A stretch of DNA of 64,000 nucleotides from Macrostomum lignano (lineage: Eukaryota): positions 124,001 through 188,000 of the forward strand of contig NIVC01000382.1 of the NCBI GenBank assembly GCA_002269645.1. The letters are read 5' to 3'. Both the position numbers and the translations under genes were made by a program. Each line of letters starts with the position of its first letter. Positions within the stretch are counted from its first letter, which is position 1. The notes beneath the pieces are model-generated. The model did not search any database. It was not told where the DNA came from and saw only the letters and a list, made by a program, of their open reading frames with translations. Positions 24,701 to 35,178 of this stretch are shown here, in pieces.

Positions 24701-26371
24701 TGAGCAAGCACTGATTACTGAGGCGCGCTTACCAATGCTGACAGATGAGCAGAAAGCGGTGTACGAGTCCGTGACTCAGAATCTTGTGGACGGCACCAGC
24801 GGCTTGCACTTCCTGGACGCACCTGCTGGCACTGGCAAGACCTTCCTGCTAGAGGTTCTGCTAGCCTTCGTGCGCAGCCGGGGTGAAGTCGCCCTCGCCG
24901 TTGCGGCTTCTGGAATCGCAGCGACTCTTTTGCCAGGTGGACAGACGGCGCATTCAACGTGAGTAATTTATTGTCAATATTTCAAAAAGCAGTTGTAAAT
25001 ATTTCGTGTGCTGTAAATATGTTCGGCATGGTGAAACTATTTGTCTATGCCAGGTTCAAGATACCAATTCGGGCGATCCGTTCGAGCAAAGACGTGTGCG
25101 CTGTTGGAGCGCAGTCCAAACAGGCCGCTGTATTTCGGACAGTGCGTCTAATTGTCTGGGACGAGATTTCTATGACAAACCGGAAGGATTTGGAGGCCGT
25201 CGACCGGTGCTTGCGAGACGTGCGGAAGCAGGACGTGCCATTCGGCGAAGTGGTTTTCGTTTGCGCTGGGGACTTTCGCCAGCTGCTGCCCGTTTTGGTG
25301 CATGGGACTCGAGCCAACAGCGTCATGGCGTGTGTCAGCAGATCCCCACTGTGGAAATTTTTCCGGCGGCATCGCCTTACAAGAAACATCCGATTGCTGA
25401 GCAGTTCCGATTCTGCAACGTATTTGAGATACACCGAGCTACTCAAGCAGGTAAGTTTGTTTTCATCAGTTTATTAATTAGAAGACTTAAGGATATTCGG
25501 TTTCTTTCGTGTTGAGAGCTCCATTTTTTTAAATTGTGGCTTATTCAAGAATGCCTAGCTCAAAGTCTGTCTAGCGTTTTAAATATTTGCCCTTTAACTC
25601 CCCCAGATCGGATCCGGAAAAATTGAGCAGGATGCAGAGGAGAAAGTGTCTCTTCCTGCTGAGATCATCATTTCTGCGGAGGCGCCGCTCAATGATCTGA
25701 TAAATTTTGTGTACCCATCGTTTGAGGCGTCAGTGGAGAGGGACGGCTACTTTGCAAGCCGAGCGATCCTGGCGCCGTACAATGACTCAGTGGATGCCAT
25801 CAACGAGACGTGCCTGGGCATGTTCCCCGGCAGCCTGCGGGAGTACCGCTCAATAGACAGTGTGGCCGATGAGGATGCCGCTACGCACTTCCCGCCTGAG
25901 TTGCTCAACCAGCTGGATGCCCCGAACTTTCCGATTCACTTGCTGAGGCTAAAAGTGGGTATGCCAGTAGTTCTTCTCAGGAACATCAACCCGCCACGAT
26001 TGTGCAATGGTACGCGGCTCATCATACTCGCAATGGGCGAGAACGTGCTTAGATGCAAAATTGCCGCCGGCCAGTTCACGGGAGACGAGATTCTTCTGCC
26101 GCGAATCCCGCTGATTCCTAGCAATGCGGACCTCCCCGTCAGTTTTAAGCGGCTGCAGTTCCCTGTGAAGCCGAGTTTATGCCTGACGATTCACAAGTCG
26201 CAGGGACAGTCTCTGGACACAGTTGGCATTGACCTGTCAGTCGGTTGCTTCACGCATGGCCAGCTGTACACGGCGCTGTCACGAGCAAAGAACGCGGCAA
26301 ATGTTCGCGTCCGGATTCCGGGAACAAGGACCAGAAACGTTGTGTTTCCAGAAGTTCTCACTGAAGACTAA
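18729..26371 (+). mobile_element. Autonomous-type Helitron (element B); 3' end not located, so it extends at least to 26371
   Basis: Head TCCTATATACTAAAAATGAG directly follows the CTAG of element A; contains the Rep-helicase gene. Confidence 0.85.
20015..26371 (+). CDS. Helitron Rep-helicase (about 1752 aa, 9 exons): ETxxQREERL repeats, OTU, Zn finger, HUH Rep, PIF1-like SF1 helicase
   Basis: Exons 20015-20562, 20848-21378, 21527-22111, 22213-22982, 23087-23429, 23517-23814, 23937-24958, 25054-25450 and 25607-26371 join in frame (5259 nt). Motifs: GDGNCFF/HYESL, EYQKRG-LLHVH, YVIKY, DAPAGTGKT, WDEISM, GDFRQLLPV, TIHKSQGQSL, HGQLYTALSR. The intron-5 donor reads GG instead of GT. Confidence 0.93.
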
Positions 26372-27479
26372 TTTATTTATCGTAAAAAATGAGGGGTGAG
26401 CAATAATTTTCCTTATGCAAAAGGCTAGAAAGTATATTCATTTATTTTTAAGGAAAAATAGAATAATTATTTCCCCATATCTCTAAAGTGGTAGTTCTCA
26501 TTCCTAAAAGAATCGCAGGAAACTTATTGCCCCAACCTCATTTCTAACGAAGCGTAGATATTGCAATGGCAGTGAGTACGAGCTAATAGCTGATGAACTT
26601 AATGTTGAAGCTCAATTAGGCTTATTTTATTCATTGTATTAATTTTTACAGTCATTTTACAGTTAATTTGTATTTTAAGGCAATTTCATATTAGCCGAAA
26701 GTAACTTTTGAAACAAACCTTCTTTTGCACTGCTTTGAATGAATTAAGTCTTTGATGAGCAGTTAATTTGTCTTTTATTTTTCACCTGAAATTTCATTAT
26801 AATTCGAATACTAACTTTACCTATTTTATATCGCAAATTTATGCAAAAGACGAAACAATTTTGTTTTTAGTTTTCCAAGGTGTGCAAAAACTTAACATTT
26901 AGAGTGAATTTTTACGCAAACTACGATTGACAGTCTTTTTCAAAAATCCAAAATATCTCAAGTCACCTGTAATAACTGTGGACTGTAAGCTCATAAAAAA
27001 CGATTTGCATCAACTTGCGACGGGGCCTTCGTCTTCCATATATTGAAAGTTGAATAATATACGAAACTCGCAAGATGTCAATTTTAACTAAGGCGAAGGC
27101 CCTGAATGAAGCTTTTGTCTTACTTCATTTCTTAATCTTTGGCGAAACAATAAATACGAATAGACTGAGGCAAAGCGCAAAGGCTAAGGAAATAGAGCCG
27201 AACAGAAAATCTTAGCGCGAAAGAAAGAGACCAACAAACATATGAGATCGAGAGATCTAACTTAAAATTAGAGTTAGATGGGATTATTGCTGAGAAAATA
27301 TTTTTGCAAAAGCTGAGTCAAGGAGTAATGCAAAATTGCAGAAAATGAAAATTGCAAACTTCAGAAAGGTCAAAGGATTCATTTAAGGCGCCGCCGTGGA
27401 ATTTATGGTGGGGGAGACAAAGCCAAAAATTCTACATGTGCATTCCTACATTATTTTGAGAATCGGTTTTTTCAGCGCT

Positions 27480-28340
27480 TATTTTGGCGTAGCCGGCATT
27501 CATCCCAGCGCCACAAACGCCACACATTTTAGCACCGCAAGCACTCATTTTGGCGTCGCCGGCAGACACTCATTTTGGCACCGCAGACACTCATTTTTGT
27601 ACCACAGAAACTCATTTTGGCACCGCAGACACTCATTTTGGTACCACAGAAACTCATTTTGGCACCGCAGACACTCGTTTTGGCGCCGCAGGCAGACACT
27701 TATTTTGGCACCGCAGGCGGACACTCATTTTGGCACCACAGAAACTCATGTTGGCACCGCAGACACTCGTTTTGGCGCCGCAGGCAGACACTTATTTTGG
27801 CACCGCAGGCGGACACTCATTTTGGCACCACAGAAACTCATGTTGGCACCGCAGACACTCGTTTTGGCGCCGCAGGCAGACACTTATTTTGGCGCCTCAG
27901 ACACTCATTTTTGCACCGCAGGCACTCATTTTAGCGCCGCAGGCACTCATTTTAGCGCCGCAGGCACTCATTTTAGCGCCGCAGGCACTCATTTAGGCGC
28001 CGCAGGCACTCATTTTAGCGCCGCAGGCACTCATTTTAGCGCCGCAGGCACTCATTTAGGCGCCGCAGGCACTCATTTTAGCGCCGCAGGCACTCATTTT
28101 GGCGCTGGCACTCATTTTAGCGCCGCAGGCACTCATTTTAGCGCCGCAGGCACTCATTTTGGCGCTGGTACTCATTTTAGCGCCGCAGGCACTCATTTTA
28201 GCGCTGCAGGCACTCATTTAGGCGCCGCAGGCACTCATTTTAGCGCCGCAGGCACTCATTTTGGCGCTGGCACTCATTTTAGCGCCGCAGGCACTCGTTT
28301 AAGCGCTGGCACTACTTGTAGCGCCGCAGAAACTCATTTT
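27480..28340. repeat. Minisatellite built on a 21-bp unit GCAGGCACTCATTTTAGCGCC, with longer composite units in its 5' half
   Basis: Direct reading of the tandem array. Confidence 0.9.
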
Positions 28341-29814
28341 GGTCCCACACGTACTTAGTTTTCATTATTAATGCGGCAGAATTGCAGGCACTATATTTTT
28401 TGCCGAAGGAATACTATTGATTTCAATATTGGGTCACACGGTTGGGTGGTGAGGCCGTATAGCTTTTACTAGGGAAAGATGTCCCCTCTGTTGGCGACGC
28501 CCTGGATTCACAGCGAAAGCAGAGTAAATGATGATTGCAAAGCTGAGAAAGAGTTCTTGAACTGGCTGAGAAACGACAACAATAGGGAGAACCAAGAAAA
28601 AGCGAAAGTGCAAACGAAAGAGAGCCAAACTAAAAATCTGAGCGAGAAGGAGAGACGAACGGAAAATTTCCTTGAGAAAGTGAGCTTTACTGTTACATGA
28701 TTTGCATAATATTACAATATTATAGTGGCTGCTTGAATATTGTTTAACTATTAAATTGGTAAATCAATAAATTACTGTACTCATTTATTACTAAACAACA
28801 CTAACTTTCGTTTTATTCTTTCCCCTACGCTCAGCGGTTCTTACTCGTTCATTTATCTTTTTGAATTAATAAGAAGTTTCAATGCATCGTATTTCATTCG
28901 AAATTTAAAACTTGCTCTTTTTAGTATTACTTATTATTTTATTATCTAAATATTATACTGCTAAAGCCTGGATCTTAAAAATTATCTTCTTCTACTATAA
29001 ACCTTTGTCCGACTGTTTAACAACAGTTGAAAAATAAAGACAAAGACAAATATTCAGAGCCTACGCCTTGGGTAAAAGTTTTCCCGGAAATCATTTTTAT
29101 TTATCGAATTTAAGACGTAGGCTCCGTCGCAAATTGATGCAAATAAAAATATTCAAACTTGTCAAACTGCTAGCGAATTTTGCGTGATTATTACTTATTA
29201 CTACTGTAAGTAAAAAAGGTGATATTATTCAAGCCCTTCTACAGTTACAAATTTAAAATGGATTTTTAGATCTTAAATATATATTTAGTTGCATTTTGAG
29301 GCATAAATTTGCGAAAGTTAAAAGACAACAGCACAGAAATGAGGTTGAGTAAAAAATGTTCTGATTAATATCTGTTCGAATTCAGTTTAAAGAAATTCAA
29401 AATTTGCGAAAGTTAAAAGACAACAGCACAGAAAAAGAGGTTGAGGAAAAATTTTTCTGATTGATATCTGTTCGAATTCAGTTTGAAGAAATTCAAAAAG
29501 AAAAAATTAGTCTTCATCTTCTGCTGGTGATGTCAAAAATTCTTGATTTCGAGTGCTCGAGTCACCAGTGTACGGAGTTCTAGGTGTAGAGCCTGTGGGT
29601 ACCTGCTGATTCTAGCTGTTCTGCTGAGACATGTCACTTGTGTACAGAGGCCTAGATGTAGAGCCTGTGGGCATCTGCTGATTCCAGCTGTTCGAATCTC
29701 GTGAAAATGTTACATGTGAAGTGGGATTCGGTTTGAAAAGTATATAATTATAACTGTCTTTGATTAAATTGAAGTGAACACTCATAAGAAGTATACAATA
29801 ATAACTGTCTTTGA

Positions 29815-31129
29815 TTAAACTAAAGTGAACACACATTTTCGAAATAAACTAACCTCTCTGCTTCCGAAACGCAGTCTTATTCTTCGCATGTTGTTAAACT
29901 GGTGAAACATTCGTTCGGGGTAGTGTAATGTCATTTCTTCATCATGTGATGCTTGCTGCTCAGGTGGTGGAATCTGTGTAGCTCGCACAGCCTCGAAATG
30001 CTGCTGGCTAGCTGTGGCGCCGTTGTACCACTCGGTTAGGTCGGAGAACTCTTGCGAATTTTCTGGCCAGTGATGCACTTCTGCTTGCGAACAGCCGAGG
30101 CTTATCATCTGGGCGTACTCTTGGACTTGAGAGCCATGAATCGCGAGAATGTCGCCGATAGACCAATTATTCACCTGCGCAGAAGAACTGGCCCAAAAAG
30201 TGCAGGACACAGAGGACCCGGACCGATCAACGATGGTAACTTTTGCTAAATCGACGAGCTTTCCGGCACCAGTTTTTACTTCCTTTGGCTTCTCAACTGC
30301 AGAAATGATGCCACGAACGTCAACTTTCCTGTCGTACGGTGAAAGTTTTTGAGTAGGGCAAATTTAGCTGAATGACTAGCAATCAGCGCCCCCCGTCTGG
30401 CAGCCAAAAAATGCATTACAAGTTTTTTAATAAACTACATGTAGCGTCTCTTTGCAATACCTCAGCAGTCCCTTGTAAGCCTTGGCATGTTAGCAATTCC
30501 CCCCACAAGCCTTAGCATATCAATTTCCCCCCTTGACATCTCATCGATGCCCCCCTCCCGATTAAGCCTTGAAATCTTAAAAAATCGGTCAAGCTTTTAA
30601 CCCTAACCTCAGCCTAACTCTAACCGTAACCCTAAAGTAAAGCAAAGCACGAGGAAATGTATAAAAGAAAATAAAGGCACAAAGTGCAAGATATTTACGT
30701 TTTCATTTGGCATGCAGAAATTTCCGATATCCTCCTGTAGTCCCGGGGACGCCTGTTGACCGTCTCGTTTGAAGTCATGATGGTGCCGCTTTTGTCAACT
30801 GAGACGCTCATCTCATACTCGTTTTCCGTAGTGTTGTACCTTGGGTCAGCCTTTTTGATCCAGCCTCCAGAAATGCGCACTGTCTCGACCGTTTGGCACA
30901 TTTCCAGCAATGACTTCAGGTCCTTGCCAAAAACGCTCACTCTGATGTCTGCAGTCTCGTCAGTCAAAGTGAAGGAGAACACTTGGCCTGATCCAGCTTT
31001 GTTGTTCTCGTAGGCGTGGATTTTTGTCAGTCTCGTTATCAGACCAACGACCGGTGAATCCATCAAGCCGGGCAGAAGAGCAGAGATGCCGAATTTTACC
31101 TTCTGGGCTGGCGTAGGGTTTGATTCCAT
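29815..31129 (-). CDS. RPA70 (RPA1)-like ssDNA-binding protein with two OB folds, spliced, possibly defective
   Basis: 30695-31129: GSGQVFSFTLTDETADIRVSVF...IKKADPRYN..NEYE (DBD-A-like). About 30350-29815: KVDVRGII...VTIVDRSGSSVSCTFW...LTEWY (DBD-B-like). The acceptor of the second exon is not clean. Confidence 0.8.
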
Positions 31130-32054
31130 TTCTCTTCGTTACTTAAAGAATCTAAGTTAAAAGTAGATAAAAGTGATGCTTGACTTGAAACAGTTGAGGC
31201 GAAAAGTTTACTGCATTTACAGTTTGTTTTTATTATATATTGCAGCCCTGCAGCCACCCCTTCGTCCCAAAACAACTCTCAATATTTTCTCGCTGCCGTC
31301 TGATTGGTCAGCATCTCGACTTTCTGTTATAGCCTTTTTCTTACCGTCCACTCTATTCTATTTTTTAGTCACCCCTGTTTGTAAATTTTAGCCACCTTTA
31401 TAATTTTGGTGGCCTCTGATTGGTCCGCTGGTTTAGGCTGGGGTCGATTGGGGGCTGCAGTCAGCGCCAACCCCTCCGCTGGGTCGAACTGGATCGCCGA
31501 GACTTTTTTCATGCAATTACTTTATTTGGGCTGTTTACGCGTGCCGCAGAAAGTTATTGATTTTTTGGACTACAAGAACAAATACTAACAGATATAATAA
31601 CAAATACTTTTGTTATTTTTTACAAAACAAAACTGAAACTTACACTTAAACTTAAAAGTGCATTTTGTAGCTAAATTTTCACGACAGAGGTAGAGAGACA
31701 CCAGATAAAATCAATAATGAGGTGAATAAAGTATGATGTCTCACCCTCATTGTCCACTGAAAACAAAATACGAGCTATAGGCTTATTAGGCTGGGCTGGG
31801 GAGTTAGCTGATTGGTTAGAAATAACTCAGAAATCAAAAGCCGACAGGGTGAGCCAATCATTGCTAGAGATAACAAGAGATTTGGGGGTGAAAAAACAGC
31901 AAATTTGGGGTGGTGGATCAGCCAGCCATTATCTGGTTTTGGCCACTGTACACTATAGTATATATAACCAACTCTGTTCTTAACAATTTCACTATACGCC
32001 CGAACAAAATAAAAAATAAGTTTAAAAGCCCACGCCAGTCTTTTTTCCAGTACT
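31130..32054. promoter_or_regulatory. Putative bidirectional promoter between the RPA-like gene and the zinc-knuckle gene
   Basis: CCAAT boxes at 31301-31307, 31417-31423, 31809-31815 (TGATTGG) and 31854-31858; TATATATAA at about 31959-31967. Confidence 0.45.
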
Positions 32055-33842
32055 ATGAATCCGTACCTAAGTAATCCCTACCTAAGTTATCCCAATCCCT
32101 ATCCGTATCCCTATCCCTATCCATTTCCTGGTGTATTTTACCCCCCCCCCCATCTACTGGGATGCCCTATCCCAACCCATACCCACCCCCCATTCTCCCA
32201 CCGGCACCCTGGCCGATGCAGCAACAGCAGCAACAGCAAGAGGAGCAGCAACAACAACAGCAACAACAACAACTGCAACAACAACAACAGCAACAACAAC
32301 AACCGCAACAGCAACAGCAACAGCACCACCCCCATTGAAGCGGTGTACGTGGAGACTAATATCGAGCCGATCCGTTATCAAGCGCGCAAAAGGGCGATGC
32401 TGGCCTGGGAAAAGGCCACCAGAGCCCCAGAGGGAGACCCGCTCAGGGAGTGTAGTGAAAGAACCGGAAACCGCAGACTTCAGGCGAACAAAGGGTGGAG
32501 GGATCAGGCCAGAGAGGAATGCCTGAGGAGGTCGACCCACCCCAGAGAGGGCTTCACCAGAAAGAGACACCCGCCGTGGAGACGGCTACATATGGACGGC
32601 GTCGTGATCGCTACGGAGCTTATTCGCGGAGGAAAGAAGGGTGACAGCAACCTCGCCACAGAGACGATCGACACCATTAACGCCTGGGGCAAATTCGATT
32701 TGTCAATCTACACGGATGGGTCTGTTGGAGAAGGGCAGCGTAAGGGTGGTGCAGCTTGTGCCGTGTACTTTGACACGGAGAGACGCGTCAAGAAAGCGGC
32801 GGCCGGGGAGTGGTGCAGCTCCCTGGTTGCGGAGGAGCGAGCCCTGGAGCTGGCACTGGATACCATTGCGGAGGCCAAGCCGCGAAATGCCATCATCCTG
32901 ACGGACTGTAAATCGGCCCTCCTCAAGCTCAGCAGCGAGAAAGCTACCCAGGATACCACGTCGTACCGCCTGATCAGTAGACTCCGTGAGATTAGCCAAG
33001 TTACCAGAGTGGTGCTGCAGTGGGTACCCGGTCATGTTGGTGTCGCGGGCAACGAGGATGTCGACCAGGAGGCTAAGGAAGCAGCGGCTCTACCGCAGGA
33101 CGACGTCCCCGTCATGTGGAACTGTGTAAAGGCGGCCATCAGGAAGGAGCCGGCGCCCCCGCCCTCTGATGAGCGTCTCCGTAGGGTCTACAAGCACAAA
33201 ATTAACAAATGCGCTGAAAATCGTAGCACGGAGACCACACTCGCCCAACTCAGATGTGGTCAATGCAAGAAGACGGCCTACTGGCGACAAAAAATCGGTG
33301 CTGAGGCAAAGGCGAGTTGTCAGGACTGCGGTGAGGAAGAGGACAAGGACCACTGGGTGTGGTGCGACAGGTGGCATAAGGAGAGGGCGCGTTTTGGTAT
33401 TCAAGGTCTGGAGGATCTGGGAGATGAAGCGAAGGTGCTAGGGTTCCTGAAGTGCACGCACCCTGAGTGGGTGCAATGAGGGAACCCGCCCAGCCGAAGA
33501 CACACACAGCAACAGCAGCAGCATCAACTGCAGCTACACTCGCGCTCGGCGAGAACTCGATTTGTGAGAGACGAAATGCGCGCACGTAAGTTAATTGTAT
33601 TACGAGTTTGTTTAGAGGGGTAGTTTTGACTAAATCAGTTTTCGTTTGACCACTCATTTCGTGTGAAGTGAATATACGTCAAAACTAACATTGACAAATC
33701 TAATCGCTTTCTTTTCACAGTTGGACTATGCAGATTCTGCCTGCGGCGCGGCCACATTGCGGCAGAGTGCAGAGACCTACCTCGCCGCCGCAGCCGCAGC
33801 CGCAGCCGCAGCCGCAGCCGCAGCACCGTCGTTGAAGAATGA
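32055..33842 (+). pseudogene. Spliced Pro/Tyr-rich - polyQ - CCHC zinc knuckle - RS-tail gene interrupted by a LINE
   Basis: Joining the donor at 33585/33586 (GTAAGT) to the acceptor at 33720/33721 (branch CTAAC, TTTCTTTTCACAG) gives RDEMRALGLCRFCLRRGHIAAECRDLPRR(RS)6TVVEE*. The upstream polyQ frame is one base off the ATG at a C11 run (32141-32151). Confidence 0.7.
32326..33505 (+). mobile_element. 5'-truncated non-LTR retrotransposon (I-group-like): RNase H and C-terminal Cys motif
   Basis: IYTDGS, AEERAL, TDCKSAL, QWVPGHVGVAGNEDVD, CQDCGEEEDKDHWVWC; stop at 33479. Candidate TSD ACAGCAACAGCA at 32314-32325 and 33506-33517 lies within the CAG/CAA tract. Confidence 0.9.
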
Positions 33843-34140
33843 ATCATTTTTTTAATTTCTGTGCTGTTAACTATTTGACTATTTGTATTTTGACTATTTA
33901 TAACTATTTGTGCTGTTAACTAGGTTAAGTATTTGATTAAGTAAAAAATTGATTAAAAAATAAATAAAAATTTGAGTAAGTGATTAAGTAAGTTAAACTA
34001 CGACTAAAATGCTGAGTTAGAAGCACCAGGCAAATTTAAGTAAAGTAGCTAATCATTTTTGCTGCAAAGAGGCTCTTTGTCTTATCATAAATCCGTTTTT
34101 ATAACGAGTCTTTTGGTTTTTTTTGGTTCGTCAAACAAAA

Positions 34141-34210
34141 GGAGCCACAATGTCATACATTAAAGAGCCACCATGTCGTACATAAAACAGCCACCGCGTC
34201 AAACATAAAC
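34141..34210 (+). repeat. Three degenerate units of the 23-bp Helitron-associated satellite
   Basis: GAGCCACAATGTCATACATTAAAGAGCCACCATGTCG... is the reverse complement of the 54.7-63.6 kb satellite. Confidence 0.75.
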
Positions 34211-34709
34211 ATGTCAAAACAGATGATTAAATATAATAAATCACAAAAATAATTAAATGTATATAAATTGTGCAATGGGCTATCTTGTTGGTAAGCCTTT
34301 TGCAAGAACATCATACAAGGCATGTGTGCAAAGAAATATTGTGCTAAATATTCGGAGTTGTCTTGTTGGTGAATGTAATTTAACGAAATTCACTCTTCAT
34401 TTCTGCCTTTGTTCACAAGAATTCTATTTATTTATTGGCCAAAACTATACATTTACCGAAATTTACTTTTTGTTTCTCATGCATTTTTGTGTTAATAGTT
34501 TATTCTGATTGAGGACACTACTAATAAGTAATAACTTTGGAAGTCACTTTTATTGGTATTGGCAGGAATGGACTGCGATAGCTTAATTATCGCATAAATA
34601 CTTTAAATTTTGGTGTATGTATTTTTATGGAAAATATAATCTATAAGTAGACTAATCAATGAAATAAGGGCAGAGAAAATGGACGAATTCAACATTTTGG
34701 TGGTACTGT

Positions 34710-35094
34710 TTAACAATGTATTAGTAAAGCAGCTAAAGCAACAATATTAATTTCAAACAGATGCCAATCACCATTATCAATATTGGCATGGGTTATAGTT
34801 TGATCAGCATCATTAAGAACATCATTACGAACTGTTGCTCCGTCTGATTTTATATTACTCCAAAGAAGTCCAACTCTGTCATGCCATTCACTCGCAAACA
34901 CTATCAAGCCGGCGTTGGTTGTTAATCCAGATCCAAATTCACTTGTTGGTCGTTCATGACAGTATGCATAAAACCAAACCGCATCAGCTCCACCACCTGT
35001 GGCATTAGCAACTCGGAAATAGGAGGCGGATATATTACGAAAATGTGTGAAATTAAATTGTAACGCTCCAGAGCGACCCTTGGAATTAAGGAAT
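34710..35094 (-). other. Isolated ~128-codon open reading resembling an L-type/ConA-like lectin domain
   Basis: FLNSKGRSGALQFNF...SYFRVANATGGGADAVWFY...GSGLTTNAGLIVF...IDNGDWHLFEINI, preceded by a polypyrimidine tract and AG. Confidence 0.4.
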
Positions 35095-35178
35095 CTTGCA
35101 GAGAAGGGAGGGGAAGAGAAGGGAAAGGGGGGAAGGCGCCTTCAACAAGTTCAATGGGACAGTTCCGTTATCTTGACG

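Noticed and set aside
27396-28358. 320-aa ORF with AAGTHFS repeats
   Set aside because: Translation of a 21-bp minisatellite; several frames are open and there is no ATG start or unique domain.
28479-28700. Short charged ORF between the minisatellite and the RPA-like gene
   Set aside because: Might be a captured exon, but it is too short and motif-free to support.
30600-30636. Telomere or telomere-targeting element
   Set aside because: Only a few degenerate CCCTAA-like units inside an intron.
35020-35030. TAGGAGGCGGA as the second hAT TIR
   Set aside because: Poor match to the 38261 end, no 8-bp TSD, and it falls within the lectin-like open frame.
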